A stretch of 64,000 bases of DNA from Camelus ferus (Eukaryota), in contig NC_045697.1 of NCBI RefSeq assembly GCF_009834535.1, positions 48,548,001 to 48,612,000 on the forward strand, written 5' to 3'. Below, one piece after another: positions 37,743 to 49,875 of this stretch (within the stretch, counting starts at the first letter, position 1; each line of letters opens with the position of its first letter). Below the pieces are notes generated by a model that was not told where the DNA came from, did not search any database, and saw nothing but the letters and a program-made list of their open reading frames with translations. The translations under genes were made by a program, and so were the position numbers.

Positions 37743-38253
37743 TGTTAGGAGGCAAAGATATCAAATAACATCCTCTGAACTGAGAAGGAAGTTTGAGACT
37801 GAAAAATGAAGTAGGCAACTCCATAAAGTGAAATTAATGAAGTTTATTGTGGGTAACTTACACACAGGCGAGATCAGGCAGACAACGATCCAATCCAGAG
37901 GCATTCACAGCTGCACTCTGCCACGCTGAATGGGGTGCAAGAGAATTTATAGGGGCCAGAGCTAAAAATAGAATCTGACTCCAAGGGAGAAGCACATCTG
38001 CACTGGTGGGAACTGGGGCTTTTCCTCCCCCCTGGGGGTCTCATGACAATTAACCATCTGCATCAGCAAAAGGCATTCTTCCCATTTTCACATCAGATGA
38101 AGGCAAGGATAAAAGTTGATAGGGAACTTATCTAGCTTGAGCACATTCCTTGAGAGTAGACTAAAGGTCAATCATGCAGAGAGGGGAGGGGTAAGACTGT
38201 GGGCCCAAGATGGAGCTAACAAAATGGATTCAGTATGGTTCAGCCAGATAACA
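37743..38253 (-). mobile_element. Solo ERV LTR inserted into the L1
   Basis: TG...CA termini (tgttag...ataaca); minus-strand TATAAA (37946-37951) followed ~100 nt downstream by AATAAA (37843-37848); YY1-like aagatgg; interrupts L1 homology. No clear TSD. Confidence 0.7.
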
Positions 38254-38825
38254 TTGTGAAAGAGATGTATATTTGGGCAAATGCACATGAAATGATACTC
38301 AACATCACCAGTCTTTAGGGAAATGCAAATTAAACAATTATATACCACCTACTAAAATGGTGAAAGTTATAAAAACTGGCAATACCAATTGTTAGGAAGG
38401 ATGTGGAGTAACTGGAATTCTGACGCACTGTTAGTGAGAATGTAAAATATTCAATCACTTTGGAAAACAGCTTGGCAGTTTCTTGTAAAGTTAAACATAT
38501 AATTATCATATAATTCAATAATTCCAATCAGAGGTTTTTACACAAGAGAGATAAGAAAATGTATCCACAAAAAGAATATTTATAGCAGCTTTATTCATAA
38601 TAGCCAAAAAAATGGAAACAATCCAAGAGTCCTCAACAGGTTATTATGGAATTATGGAAAATCTATACAATTGACACTACTCAACAATAAAATAAACTAC
38701 AGATACATGCAAAATGTGGATAGGTCTCAAAAGCATTACGTCAAGTGAAACAAACCAGACACAAAAAAAGTACACAGAAATGATCCATTTATATGAAAGT
38801 CTAAAAACACAAAACTGTAGTTACA

Positions 38826-38970
38826 GAGGACAGTACAGTACGGTGGTAGAGTGCATGCCTAGCATGCATGAGGTCCTGGGTTCAAACCCCAGTACCTCCA
38901 TTAAAAATAAATCTAATTACCTCCCCCCAACAAAAAATAGATAAATAATTTAAAAGATAACATTTTTTTA
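38826..38970 (+). mobile_element. tRNA-Ala-derived camelid-type SINE nested in L1
   Basis: ggtggtagagtgcatgcctagcatgcatgaggtcctgggttcaaaccccagtacctcca...ctaattacctcccccc; approximate TSD aaaa(c)ctgtagt(t/a)aca. Confidence 0.9.
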
Positions 38971-39309
38971 AAAACCTGTAGTAACAGAAAGCAAAATAAT
39001 GGTGGCCTGGGTTCTCAGGAAGGGAGGATTGACTTGAAAGGGCACAAGAGTTGAAAGTGGGCACACCAGTTTTTGGAGTGATGAAACTATTCTAAATTGT
39101 GATTGTGGTGATGACTACATGGGTGAATTAATTTGTTAAACCTTATTGATCTGTATACTTAAATTGGGTGTATATTACTGTATATCAGTTATACATCAAT
39201 AACATTTATTTTTAAAATTACTGTACTAGTGTAGCTGTTGTTATGTTAAAACCTGTAAGAGTAGGTCTCTTTCTCTAGAAGTCATCACATACCATCAAAC
39301 TTCTGTTGA

Positions 39310-39510
39310 GATTTATTGAATGGCTACTCTGTCAGACATCATGCATATTTCATTTAGTCATCACAGCAGCCCTGTGATTTCTCCCTGTTTTACAGATGAA
39401 GATGGTGAAGCACAGAGACATTAAGGAAATTGTCTAATGTCCAATTATCATTGTGATACTAGTAAACAGCAGAGCCAGGATTCAAACCCAGGTTTGTTAG
39501 ACTTCATCCC
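39310..39510 (-). mobile_element. MIR SINE
   Basis: atttattgaatggctactctgtcaga...ttttacagatgaag...gcagagccaggattcaaacccagg. Confidence 0.8.
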
Positions 39511-40229
39511 CTTCTTACACTCGCACCTTTCTTCATGCAGCTCTTACCAAGTCTAAGGAGAATCACCTCTGTCACTAAGTCACTAAGAAACATAAGGTTT
39601 GGCATTTGAAGGAGAATCTTTAGATGTGAGGAAACAGCTGATCAAGCAGCCCTACTCGGTTCTTACTGAGTATATGTTTAGCACAACCTGGAACATCTCC
39701 TGTATGTATGCACTCAACATATATTCACTGTTGTTGTTTTGCTATAGTATTTCACCTGACGCTTCCTTCCTGCTGCCACTACCATACTGACACCCAGGGT
39801 CTGCTGATCCCGTTGAATGCTCTGGTCCCAACCCAGGTAAAACACCTCCCTATTTCTCCCTCAGCCCAAAGTAAAATTGACTGGAATATTGAAGAAGAAA
39901 AAAAAAAAAGACTTTCATTCTAGTGGCATATAAAAGGGAAATAAGCAAAGTGCACAATCAGAATGAAAACCACGTGACTTACAAGATATTTACCGTCTAT
40001 TCATTAAATGTTTATCAATCATACACTATGGAAAAAAGCAAAGTGTAAGACAATGTGTATATTATGCCCCATTTCCATAAAAAGAAGAAAGAGAGAGGCT
40101 TCTAAGTGAACATGTATAGAATATCTTCAGAAGAACGCACAGGAAACTGCTAATAGTGTTTCCCTCTGTGAAAGGGCATATAGGGCCGGTGTGGGACAAA
40201 ATAATAAACATTATGGGTGCCTCAACCAT

Positions 40230-40700
40230 AGCCATTTTACCCAAATGCTTTTGGAAAACTGATTTTTTCTCCAGGGAAGCCTCTGATTGATATAAGTATG
40301 GTTCCATTCCCTTGACAGTGACCTGTTCTGTGTGACCCAGTTCTGTCTGGTGAAATGAGAGGAGAGGTTTGCTGAAAGCTTCTGGGATTGTGCTTTCTCA
40401 CTCTTAGGAGAAATTCAGAGGAGGTCAGCGTTTCTCTCTACTGTTGGACACAAACAAGGAAGCATGAAGCCCAGCTGTTTCCATTTCACAACAAAGAAAT
40501 CAGCCTCAGGCTGAAGCCCACAGACTGAACAGAGAAGAAACACAGAAAAAATCTGGTCCTTGATTATACCGTTAAGCTGCTAAATCAACTAACTCTTGAA
40601 CCCTATCTCACTTTGATAAGTGAACTAATACATTTACCTATCACTTAAGTCAGTTTTAGTCAATTGTCAGGTTTCTGTTACTTTCAGCTGAAAATAATGC
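40230..40700 (+). mobile_element. Old MaLR (MLT1K/L-like) LTR
   Basis: tgtgacccagttctg...tgaaatgagaggagaggtttgctg...ttaagtcagttttagtc...tttctgttactttcagctgaaa. Confidence 0.55.
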
Positions 40701-41554
40701 AGATGGAGACTAACTTTCTTCTTTTATATACTTTCTATCTTTTCCTTTTTAAATCGTGTGTATGTGTGTGTGTGTGTGTGTGTATACACACACATATATA
40801 TAACTATTTTAAAAGATTTTAAGAAACTGTGTTCCAAGCATTGAGAAATAGAGTATTCAAGAAAAATCCCCTTCAGTCTTAAGGGTTGTTTTTTTTTTAG
40901 GAGACTAGCTTTTTTCCCCCTCAATGAGTTCATCTTTTCCAACTCCTTTACAAGGAAGACATGGGTTTGACCTTTACAGAGTTCATATAAGTTGAGCTAC
41001 ATGAAACTGACATTTTGTAGGTCAAAATGGTCAAATTTTGGCAATTTTACAGTATGAATCACTAACCATAGTGTTTATGTAGAAGAAATTACGCACGGTA
41101 TTACTAGGGGCATCAGTCTTCTGTTCCAATGCCCTGAATACCCTTGGCCATTGATGAACTTTCCCTTGGGCTTTCCTTGGTTGCTGGCTATTTTCATCAT
41201 TTCTACCCCTAGGTCACAAAGAATTGATGGAGAAAGACCAGAACCCCATAGATCAGATCAATACACATTCATACTGTCTACACCTGTTTTTCTGTTTTTG
41301 TTTTGTTTTTTATATTTTCTAATGCCTGTCATTCTCTCTAGCAGCTATGCCATGCTTTCTATGTACAGAGAAAACCAAATCATCCCAGCAGGAATGTCCT
41401 ATTCCCCCTCCTGTACAAACTGACATCTGTATCTACAGCCCTCAGCATCCCTTTTCCTTTCCAAAGATGCTGCCCCCAGACTCTGCCCTCCCAAATGTCT
41501 GATGTTGGAGCAGAAGGTAAAGAAAACAAAAAGACACTAATATATCATGGCATA

Positions 41555-42122
41555 GAGTATTGGTTAGCTATTGCTGCATAACAAGTTACCCCAAAATATA
41601 GTGACTTAAAATGATAAACACATATTATTTCACAGTTTCTGTGGGTCAGGAAATCAGAGGTGGCTTGTCTGTGTAGTTCTGGCTCAGAGTCTCCTATGAC
41701 ACTGCAGTCATGATGTGGGCTGTGGCTGCAGTTGTCTGAAGGTTTGGCAAAGGTTGAAAGATCTGCTCCCAAGGTGGCTCACTCAGATGCCTGGCAAGTT
41801 GGCATTGATTGTTGGTGAAAGGTTGCAGTTCTCCCCATGTAGACTTCTCCACAGGGCTGACTGAATGTCCTTATGACATGGAAACTGACTTTCCCAAAAT
41901 AAGTGATCCACAACAGAGAAAAGAGCAAGGTGGAAGTCACAACATCTTTTACAAGCTAACGTTAGAAAAATTACTCTGTATCATCCCTGAAACATCCTAT
42001 TGGTTATCAAATTATCTCTATTCAATACAGGATATGACTACACAGCAGTTACCAAGAGGCAAGAATCAAGGGTTACCAAGAAGCAAGAATCACTAGGGAG
42101 TATCTTGGTAGCTGACTACCAC
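41555..42122 (-). mobile_element. MaLR (MLT1F/G-like) LTR
   Basis: gtattggttagctattgctgcataacaagttaccccaaaa...cacagtttctgtgggtcaggaa...gctgactaccaca. Confidence 0.8.
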
Positions 42123-42564
42123 ATTTAGCTATTACCTTCTCCATTTTACAGGTGAGAAAATTGATGCTCATAGGGTCTACAGGTTATGCTGAATAAGAAG
42201 GTGGTCGAGGCTGATGGGAAGCCAATGCAGTCTGACTCTTAAGCCCATGCACTCGCTACTGCGTCATCCTGGCTCCAACATGGAGACACACTGTTCTGGA
42301 ATGACTTTGAATTGTTTGGTCACTGTTAGATTATTTAATTTTTTAGACTAACAATATTTTATTTTTCATTTCTCGTATAAGGCTGTACCTATGGTGGACA
42401 TTCAGTGAATAGTTATTTATGCATCCAGCCAATAAAGCAACTTTAAAAAATGTAAGGGCTAATACTCTTATTACAGTTTTGACATGACTACTGTGCATGT
42501 CTGTTTGATATTCCAGTTTCAGTAGCAAATTATGTTAATAATATATAAAAATAGTATAATAATA

Positions 42565-42620
42565 AATATTATTATCATTATTGTTGTTGTTGTTGTTGTT
42601 GTTGTTATTGTTATTATTAT
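42565..42620. repeat. (TTG)n/(TTA)n trinucleotide microsatellite
   Basis: Read directly; gives the poly-Asn run in a spurious ORF. Confidence 0.9.
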
Positions 42621-43438
42621 ATCTGGAAGAGTGGACATGAATCAAAGTGACCCTGAGAGGACTGAGTTGAAAAAAGAGGCCAAGTCCATCAGTTTTTGGG
42701 GGGGTTAATTCCAAACAGAGCTTGATCACCTGTCTCTTTCTCTCCCTGATCCTTCTTATCATCAGTCTTCCCAGTTAGATGAAACAGAATAACCAGAAAG
42801 GGATTGAATTTAAATGTGTAATCAACTCTTTCTCTGGTCCTATGCAATAACAAGGTTTATATTTGTGTCTGGATTAAAAACATTTTTTTACTTTTAATTT
42901 TTGTTTAGATAAATTATATGTGTGTGTGTACCATACATACATGTATTTATTTGCTTGTTTGTTTATTTATTTATAAGAATCTTACAATCGAATAATCTAA
43001 CCTCTCAAAGTTTATTAACATGCTGGTATATTTTCTTCTAAAACAGTGAATTTTTAAAATAATTAAATGATGCTAAAAATAGTCTTTATATCTTTTTTCT
43101 ACTTAACATTTTTATATTGTTGAAGATTCTTCAAAAACATTACTTGTTAATAGTTCATTGATTATTTCTGATTATAGGTGTACTATGACCTCTTTGCAAA
43201 AAAATTGGAAATTTCTGAAAAATATAAGAACAAAGATCTCTAATACCCTACCATTGAGATAGCAAATGTCAATGTTTATGTATATTCATTTCTAGCTTTT
43301 TTCTATACATATTTATATAGAGAGATAAATATATATTTGTAAAAACAGAAGGGGTATTTCTTTTATAGTCACTTTTTCCACTTAAAAGTATATCAGAACA
43401 TTTCTCCATATTAATGCATACAAGCCTTCATTACATTT

Positions 43439-43530
43439 TTTTTTAATGTTTTTCCTTTTTTTCCCCCCTTAATGGTGGTACTGGGGAATGAACCTCATGC
43501 ACACCAAGCACACTCTATGCACCCCAACCC
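43439..43530 (-). mobile_element. Degenerate camelid-type SINE with perfect 14-bp TSD
   Basis: T-rich tail plus aatggtggtactggggaatgaacc; TSD ccttcattacattt at 43425-43438 and 43531-43544. Confidence 0.8.
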
Positions 43531-44489
43531 CCTTCATTACATTTGTAATGACCACAACTACCCACTGATATCTAGATAATTTATATATTTTCTTTTTTTA
43601 AATAACTCTGTGGTCAACAGCCTAGCATATACACCTTTCACTGCTTATTTAGTTATTTCCTTAAACTCCTGTAAGTGGGATTGGTAGGTATTAAAGGAAC
43701 TTGAGAAAACCCCTCATCTTTAGCCACCTCTCTCTTACTGCCCTCAGTACTTTGTAATAGCTCCCTCTACATTTCAGGAGTGTTGCAGAAATATTCTTTA
43801 TTTAATGCTGTGTATAAAGATTATAAAGTAGAAATATATCCAATAGCGTCTTTTTTTTTTTTCCTTCTGGTGGTGTTACTGTTTTCGGTTTTGGTTCAAG
43901 CAACAGAAATAGACACTGGCGAAAGTTACCAAAATAGACATTCATTGTAAGGATCTGGGTAGCTCATATATGAGTGAACAGTCAGGCCTTACATAGGAGA
44001 GGAACCACCCTCCAGGTATTACTAATGGCAGGACTCAGCTTTATTTTCCAACCTTCTGTCACTCTGCCCAAGACTCAAATGCCCAGGTGAAAATCTGGCT
44101 GGTCTGGCTTGGATTGGGTGCCCACCCCTTAGCCCCTATGTGTGTGTGCACCTGCACCTTAATGGATCCCACCAAAATCCCAAGGCAGAGACATATGTAG
44201 CCCCCAAAATAAAAATGGAAATACTCTTTTCAAAAGAAGGGGAAAGGGCTGCTGGACAGGCAAAAGCAACCGTGAGTGTATCAGGATGCCATTTGTATTC
44301 AGATATGCCTATGAAATTCCAGGGTACAAGTTCATGTCTGTAGACTTCTTTAAATGATGATAGAGAAGGCATTAAGTAAACATGTTTCAATATTTAAGCA
44401 TAAGTTGGGGATCCAGGTAAGTCTCAGAGGGAAATGATCTTTAATACGACATAAAATTCATCTGTTAAGAGAGGAGGCCCATGATGGGC

Positions 44490-44850
44490 AGATCGTGACC
44501 TGCCAGCAAAGGCTAAAGTAGAGTTTGGGGTGCAAGATGCTTATTAGGGATGTGGAAAGAAACAGGATGAAGCCAGACTGGGCACAGGGAGAATTTGAAA
44601 CATAATGTAGACCAAATAAGAGTTGTCCCTCTTTGGGCCAAGATGGTGGGCCTTATATCCGCCTTGCTCAGACCCTATATGGGCTGCTTCTGGACACTGT
44701 GCCCTTAGGAAGGGTCTTTCTCTACAGCTGAGGCAGACCCTAAAGCACCTAATAGTTGAGACTGTTTGCTAACTGCACTCCCAGTGGCTGGGAAGCAAAT
44801 CCTTCCTTGAAAGGGATTGATGTTGTGTATTTGTTTACGACAAGCCACAG
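44490..44850 (-). mobile_element. ERVL LTR (LTR16-like)
   Basis: agagtttggggtgcaagatgcttattaggga...gactgggcacagggagaa...gggccaagatgg...cagctgaggcagaccct. Confidence 0.6.
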
Positions 44851-44966
44851 GTCCCTTTAATTTTTTCCAGTTTCAAAGCTATTTTTTACAGGCTATCATT
44901 TTTTAATAACCCTTCTGTTTAAAAATGTTTTTACATTGCAGAAAAGTTGTGAAGATAGTATACAGA

Positions 44967-45372
44967 ACATGGGTGGACCTAGAGATTATCACATTAAGTG
45001 AAGTCAGACAGAGAAAGACAAAGATCATGTGATGTCGCTTATGTGGACTCTAAAAAAAGATACAGATTTTACTTACAAACCAGAAACAGACCCACAGACA
45101 TAGAAAACAAACTGTGGTTGCCAGAGGGGAAAGGGGGAGTGGAGGGATAGATTAGGAGTTTGGATTAACAGATACACATTACTATATGCAAAATAGGTAA
45201 ACAACAAGGACCTACTGTATAGCACAGGGAACCATATTCAATGTCTTATAATGAGCTGTAATGGAAAAGAATCTGAAAAAAATATATATATATGTATAAC
45301 TGAATCGCTTTGCTGTATACCTGAAACTAATGTATATCAATCACACGTCAATAAAAAAAAAAGAATTTAAAA
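44967..45372 (+). mobile_element. 5'-truncated ungulate-type L1 3' end
   Basis: acatgggtggacctagagattatcacattaagtgaagt...caacaaggacctactgtatagcacaggg...caataaaaaaaa; degenerate TSD aagatagtatacaga / aaaatggtatataga. Confidence 0.9.
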
Positions 45373-45852
45373 AAAATGGTATATAGAGTTCTCACATAAC
45401 CCATACTCAGTTTCTGCTATTATTAACATCTTATAGGAGTACAGTGCATTTATTACAATCAAGGAGCCAATATTGATAAATTATTATTCATTTAAATCTA
45501 TGATTTATTCAGATTTCCTTAGTTTCTACCTAATGTCCTTTTCCTGTTCCAGGATCCTGTACAGGATACCCCATTACTTTTAGCTGTCATGTCTCTTTGG
45601 GCTCCTCTTGGCTGTGACAGTTTCTCAGACTTTCCTTGCTTTTGATGACCTGGAAGGTTTTGAGGAGAACTAGTCAGGAATTTTGTAGGATGTCTTTCAA
45701 TGTAGATTTGTCTGACATTTTCCTCATGACTATACTGAGGTTAAGAGTCTGTGGTAAGAAGATCAAAGAGGTAAAGTGCCATTGTCCTTACATCACGCAG
45801 TGGAGAAAACTGACGAACACTACTCAGCCAGACGATTAACAATATCAACAAT

Positions 45853-45995
45853 GGGGGGGAAGGGATAGCTCAGTGGAAGAGCACGTGCCCACCAAGCATG
45901 AGGTCCTGGGTTCAATCCCCAGTACCTCCACTAAAAATAAGTAAATAAATAAAATCCCAATTACCTCCCCCCCATATAAAAAATAATAAGTAAAA
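45853..45995 (+). mobile_element. tRNA-Ala-derived camelid-type SINE
   Basis: gggatagctcagtggaagagc...ggtcctgggttcaatccccagtacctcca...aattacctccccccc; A and B boxes recognisable. Confidence 0.92.
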
Positions 45996-47424
45996 TGAGG
46001 GGTCATGTTGGCATAGAGTCCCTGATACGATGTAATGAGAATGGCACAGGGAGCTCCTTCATCTACTGTGTCCCTTACACATACCCCCATCATTGCTTCT
46101 GTTGGTTGCTTTTGAGTACTTCCTTACTTTCTGGCAATGCAAAGTGCTCCAGGCATATATTGTGTATTTCCTGACCCAGATCTGGAATCTGCCATTTCTC
46201 TAAAGGCTCTGGGTCCTTTCATTTGAGAATTATATTAGAAACCAAGATCTGGGGACTGGGTGTGCTCATTGCCAAATGGAGTGTAATTGCTTCTTGGCCT
46301 TCCTGGCTGCCAGATTAAGGGAATATGTGTGTATACCAACCAGTGTATATGTATAAATCTATAAATATTTTTATTTGTATCTATACTAAGATTATCAAGA
46401 GTTCATATTGATGTTTCCAACTCAATCCATTACCACAATCTTACCTGAACCCCTTGCAACCACTCATCTGTTTACAGATTTTATAGATTTGCCTTTCCAG
46501 AACATCATAGAAATAGAATCGTGCATTATGTAGCCTTTTCAGACTGGCTTCTTTCAGATGGTAATATGCATCATACTTCTCTTTTTCTTTTCATTCAACA
46601 TCTAACTAACTTGGTGTTGAAAAAAGTTACTACAAAGAAAATTTAAGAAATTCTCATTAGGCTATGAATATATATATACACACACACAGACACACATACA
46701 CATATATATATATTTTTTGCATGTTTTGAAGCTTTGATACATATTTACAGAAAGGTCCTGTGCCCTCTTGGCAGCACTGGGTACCATTTTTTTTTTTTTG
46801 CCACTTTTATAGTAAAGAATGATAGCTTGTAGCTTTTTAAATTTAAATTTATGTAACAATTAGTGATTAAATTTTTTAAAATATTTTACTAGCCATTTTT
46901 TTCTTTCTTTGTAAATTTCCTATTTATATCTTTGCCTATCATTTCCATAAGGAGTGTTTAACTTTTTTTCTTGAGCTAGTGTAACATTTTTTTCTAGCTT
47001 TAATGCATAAAAATATCAACCCTTGTTATAAATAGAATTCTCTTTCTGGCTGCAAAATAGTCCATCATATGAGCACATTGAAATTTATGTAATCACTACC
47101 TGGTTATTGAATATTAGGTTGTTTTCAATTTCTGGGTTTTTTCTCTCTTTTTCTTCCCTCCCTTCCTTTCTCCTTCCTTCTTTCCTCCTTTCCTTTCATT
47201 CTTCCATCCTGCTATTATAGAAAGCACAATAAACATCTTTGCACACATGTCTAAATTTCTAATTATTTCCTTAAGAAATGCTCCTGAAAGTGAAATTACT
47301 GAATCTATCAGTATGAATATTTTAAAACACTTGATACATAGAGTTGGGTTATTTTTCAGAAAGAATCAACCAATTTATATTCCCACTACCAATATATTGG
47401 GGTCCCCAGGTCACCATACCTTCA

Positions 47425-48500
47425 TAAAGAAAAATAATTACTTAAAAATAGAACTACCATATGATCCAGCAATTCCAGTCCTGGATATGTACCCAAAAGA
47501 AATAAAAACAGGATCTCAAGGAGATAGCTGCACTCCCATTTCTACTGCAGCATTATTCACAATAGCCAAGGTATGGAAAAAACCTAAGTATCTATCAACA
47601 GACGAACGAATAAAGAATATATAGATAGATATGTAGGTAGACGGATATATATATATATATATATATAAAATATACACACACAATGAAAGATTACTCAGCA
47701 ATGAGAAAGAAGGAAATCCTGCCATTTGCAACAACACGGATAGTGTTATTCTAAATAAGAAAAGTCAGAAAAAGACAACAGCCTAAATGTCCATCAATGG
47801 ATGACTGGATAAAGAAGATGTGGTACATTTATACAATGGAATACTACTCAGCCATAAAAACCGACAACATAACGCCATTTGCAGCAACATGGATGCTCCT
47901 GGAGAATGTCATTCTAAGTGAAATAAGCCAAAAAGAGAAAGAAAAATACCATATGAGATCGCTCATATGTGGAATCTAAAACAAAACAAAACAAAACAAA
48001 ACAAAACAAAACGCATAAATACAAAACAGAAATACACTCATAGACATAGAATATAAACTTGTGGTTGCCAAGGGGGCAGAGGGTGGGAAGGGATAGACTG
48101 GGGTTTCAAAATTGTAGAATAGATAAACAAGATTATACTGTATAGCACAGGGAAACATACACAAGATCTTATGGTAGCTCACAGAGAAAAAACTGTAACA
48201 ATGAATATATATGTTCATGTATAACTGAAAAATTGTGCTCTACACTGGAATTTGACACAACATTGTAAAATGATTATAAATCAATAAAAAATGTTAAAAA
48301 AAAGAAAAAGAAAAAGACAAATACTGTATAATATCACTTTTTGTGGAATCTAAAAAAACTGAAGTCATATAAACAGGGAGTAGATTGGTGGTTATCAGAA
48401 GCTGCAATATATACATGTGTCAAATCAACACATTGTGTACCTTAAACTTATGCGATGTTATAGATCAATTAAATCCCAATAATTTTTTAAAAAATAAAAG
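47425..48500 (+). mobile_element. Older L1 (L1MA-like) ORF2 end and 3' UTR, host of a nested young L1
   Basis: Translation LKIELPYDPAIPVLDMYPKEIKTG...TPISTAALFTIAKVWKKPK is the L1 ORF2p C-terminal domain; homology resumes after 48320 (aaagacaaatactgtataatatcac). Confidence 0.9.
47779..48308 (+). mobile_element. Young 5'-truncated L1 with 12-bp TSD
   Basis: Uninterrupted QPKCPSMDDWIKKMWYIYTMEYYSAIK...FAATWMLLENVILSEISQ; (AAAAC)n, AATAAA and A-tail; TSD agaaaaagacaa at 47767-47778 and 48309-48320. Confidence 0.93.
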
Positions 48501-49444
48501 AAAAATTATTCCTTTTCGATGTACCTGGCACTGCTCAAAGGATGCCTTTCTGGTCCTGGAGTGAGCCCAGAGGGTTCAAGATTGTGCAGGCAGATACAGA
48601 AGTCTTTGAGAGGTCTTTTCAGTGAGCACATACAAATAAGAACTGGTAGTGTTGACATGCCTACAGCTGCTTGCTACAAGATTCATTCTACTCCAGTTCA
48701 TCATTTTTTAGAACTTCCACATAAGCTGTGTGTTTGTTCATGGAATTTCTTACAAGCTAAGAATGCATTTTAAATTGAACAGAGATAAATTAATAGGAAA
48801 CCATGGCATATGTATTAAATACACTTGCCTAGGAAAGACATAGACTAAGAAATAATTAAAGGATTCAATCTTGGCACTGAAGGAAATACAAGTATCTAGC
48901 ATTCTTCTGCAGAATTGTCGTATTAGATAAAGTCAAATAAATGGCTTTTTCACCATTAAACACTTATGGAAACATTGAATACTAATCAAAAGATGTACAT
49001 TTATATACAAGCTGTTTCTTATATTATTAATGCTCTTCTACTGATCTTGTCAAGGAAATAGTGCTCAATTTATGATATTTCATATAGAAGTGGAATAATG
49101 ACCTCAGTCCAGAAACAATAAAAAAGAGAAATGAAAAAGAGGAGAGAAAAAGCTGAAAACCCTTAGCAAATATTATTTTCCTACACCAACTTTTTAATCA
49201 TACCTAAACTTTCCTCACTTACTAAATTTTCTGTGCATTTTAGATACCTCATAAAATTATGTAAATACACTTTAACAGGGTGTAAACATCACTTAAGTAT
49301 AGAAACACAATCTAAACATTGCCTAGAACCATGAAATTGTCTCAATTGTCAGATATAATAATTATTACTATTTGCTGGGGTCTTACTATAGGATCTAGCA
49401 AGATGCTTTCCACATGTTCTCAATTAATCAGCACAGCAGTTGTA

Positions 49445-49875
49445 AAATGCAGTTTTACCTAAAGCAAAACCTGAGACAAAAAATTGTGTGCCAGTAGATT
49501 ATTCGGGAGGTGATCCCAGGAAGCATGAAGGAGATAATGGGAAAAATGAAACGGGTAGGAGAGAAAAGCTAATAAAGGGCTTGTCAATGAGCTGGTTACC
49601 ACTGTTGGGAAGAGGGACTCCATCCGACTGGGGACCCAGTGAGGAACTGTGTTAATGTGCCTCGGAGTTGTCCCACAGAGAGTCTGGAAGGCTGTCTCTC
49701 ACTGGTGGAAGTTTGCATGTGGGGACATTAAATTCCTGGTACTTAGCTGTACAAGTCCCCATGCATCATAAAAAGTGCAGGGACAGAGAAGGAGGTGGAG
49801 GCAGGCACAGAGGTGGACAGCTGCTTGGGCATGGGCTGAGGGACTCTGGGGCACAGCATTGACAGTGTCTGCTAT
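49445..49875 (-). mobile_element. ERVL LTR (LTR33-like) splitting a MIR
   Basis: aaacctgagacaa...tattcgggaggtgatcccaggaagca...gctggttaccactg; MIR halves at ~49365-49445 and ~49880-50000. Confidence 0.65.

Larger units (their letters stand above)
36885..39215 (+). mobile_element. Old L1 (L1M) ORF2 3' half and 3' UTR, interrupted by an LTR and a SINE
   Basis: Broken ORF2 translations (IPTEIPGKFFIEID...PRIAKTTLKKNKVG; YGQLIFNKGAKAVSW) with frameshifts; L1 3' UTR motifs up to atacatcaataa. Confidence 0.88.
44910..46580 (-). mobile_element. L1MC-type 3' region hosting a younger L1, a SINE and an internal inversion
   Basis: ttttacattgcagaaaagttgtgaagatagta...ttcctgttccaggatcc...tgtgacagtttctcagactttcc...ttagaaaccaagatctggg, typical antisense L1MC 3' UTR. 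Confidence 0.8.

Noticed and set aside
40756..40800. (TG)n-TA-(CA)n palindrome
   Set aside because: Ordinary compound microsatellite with no sign of function.
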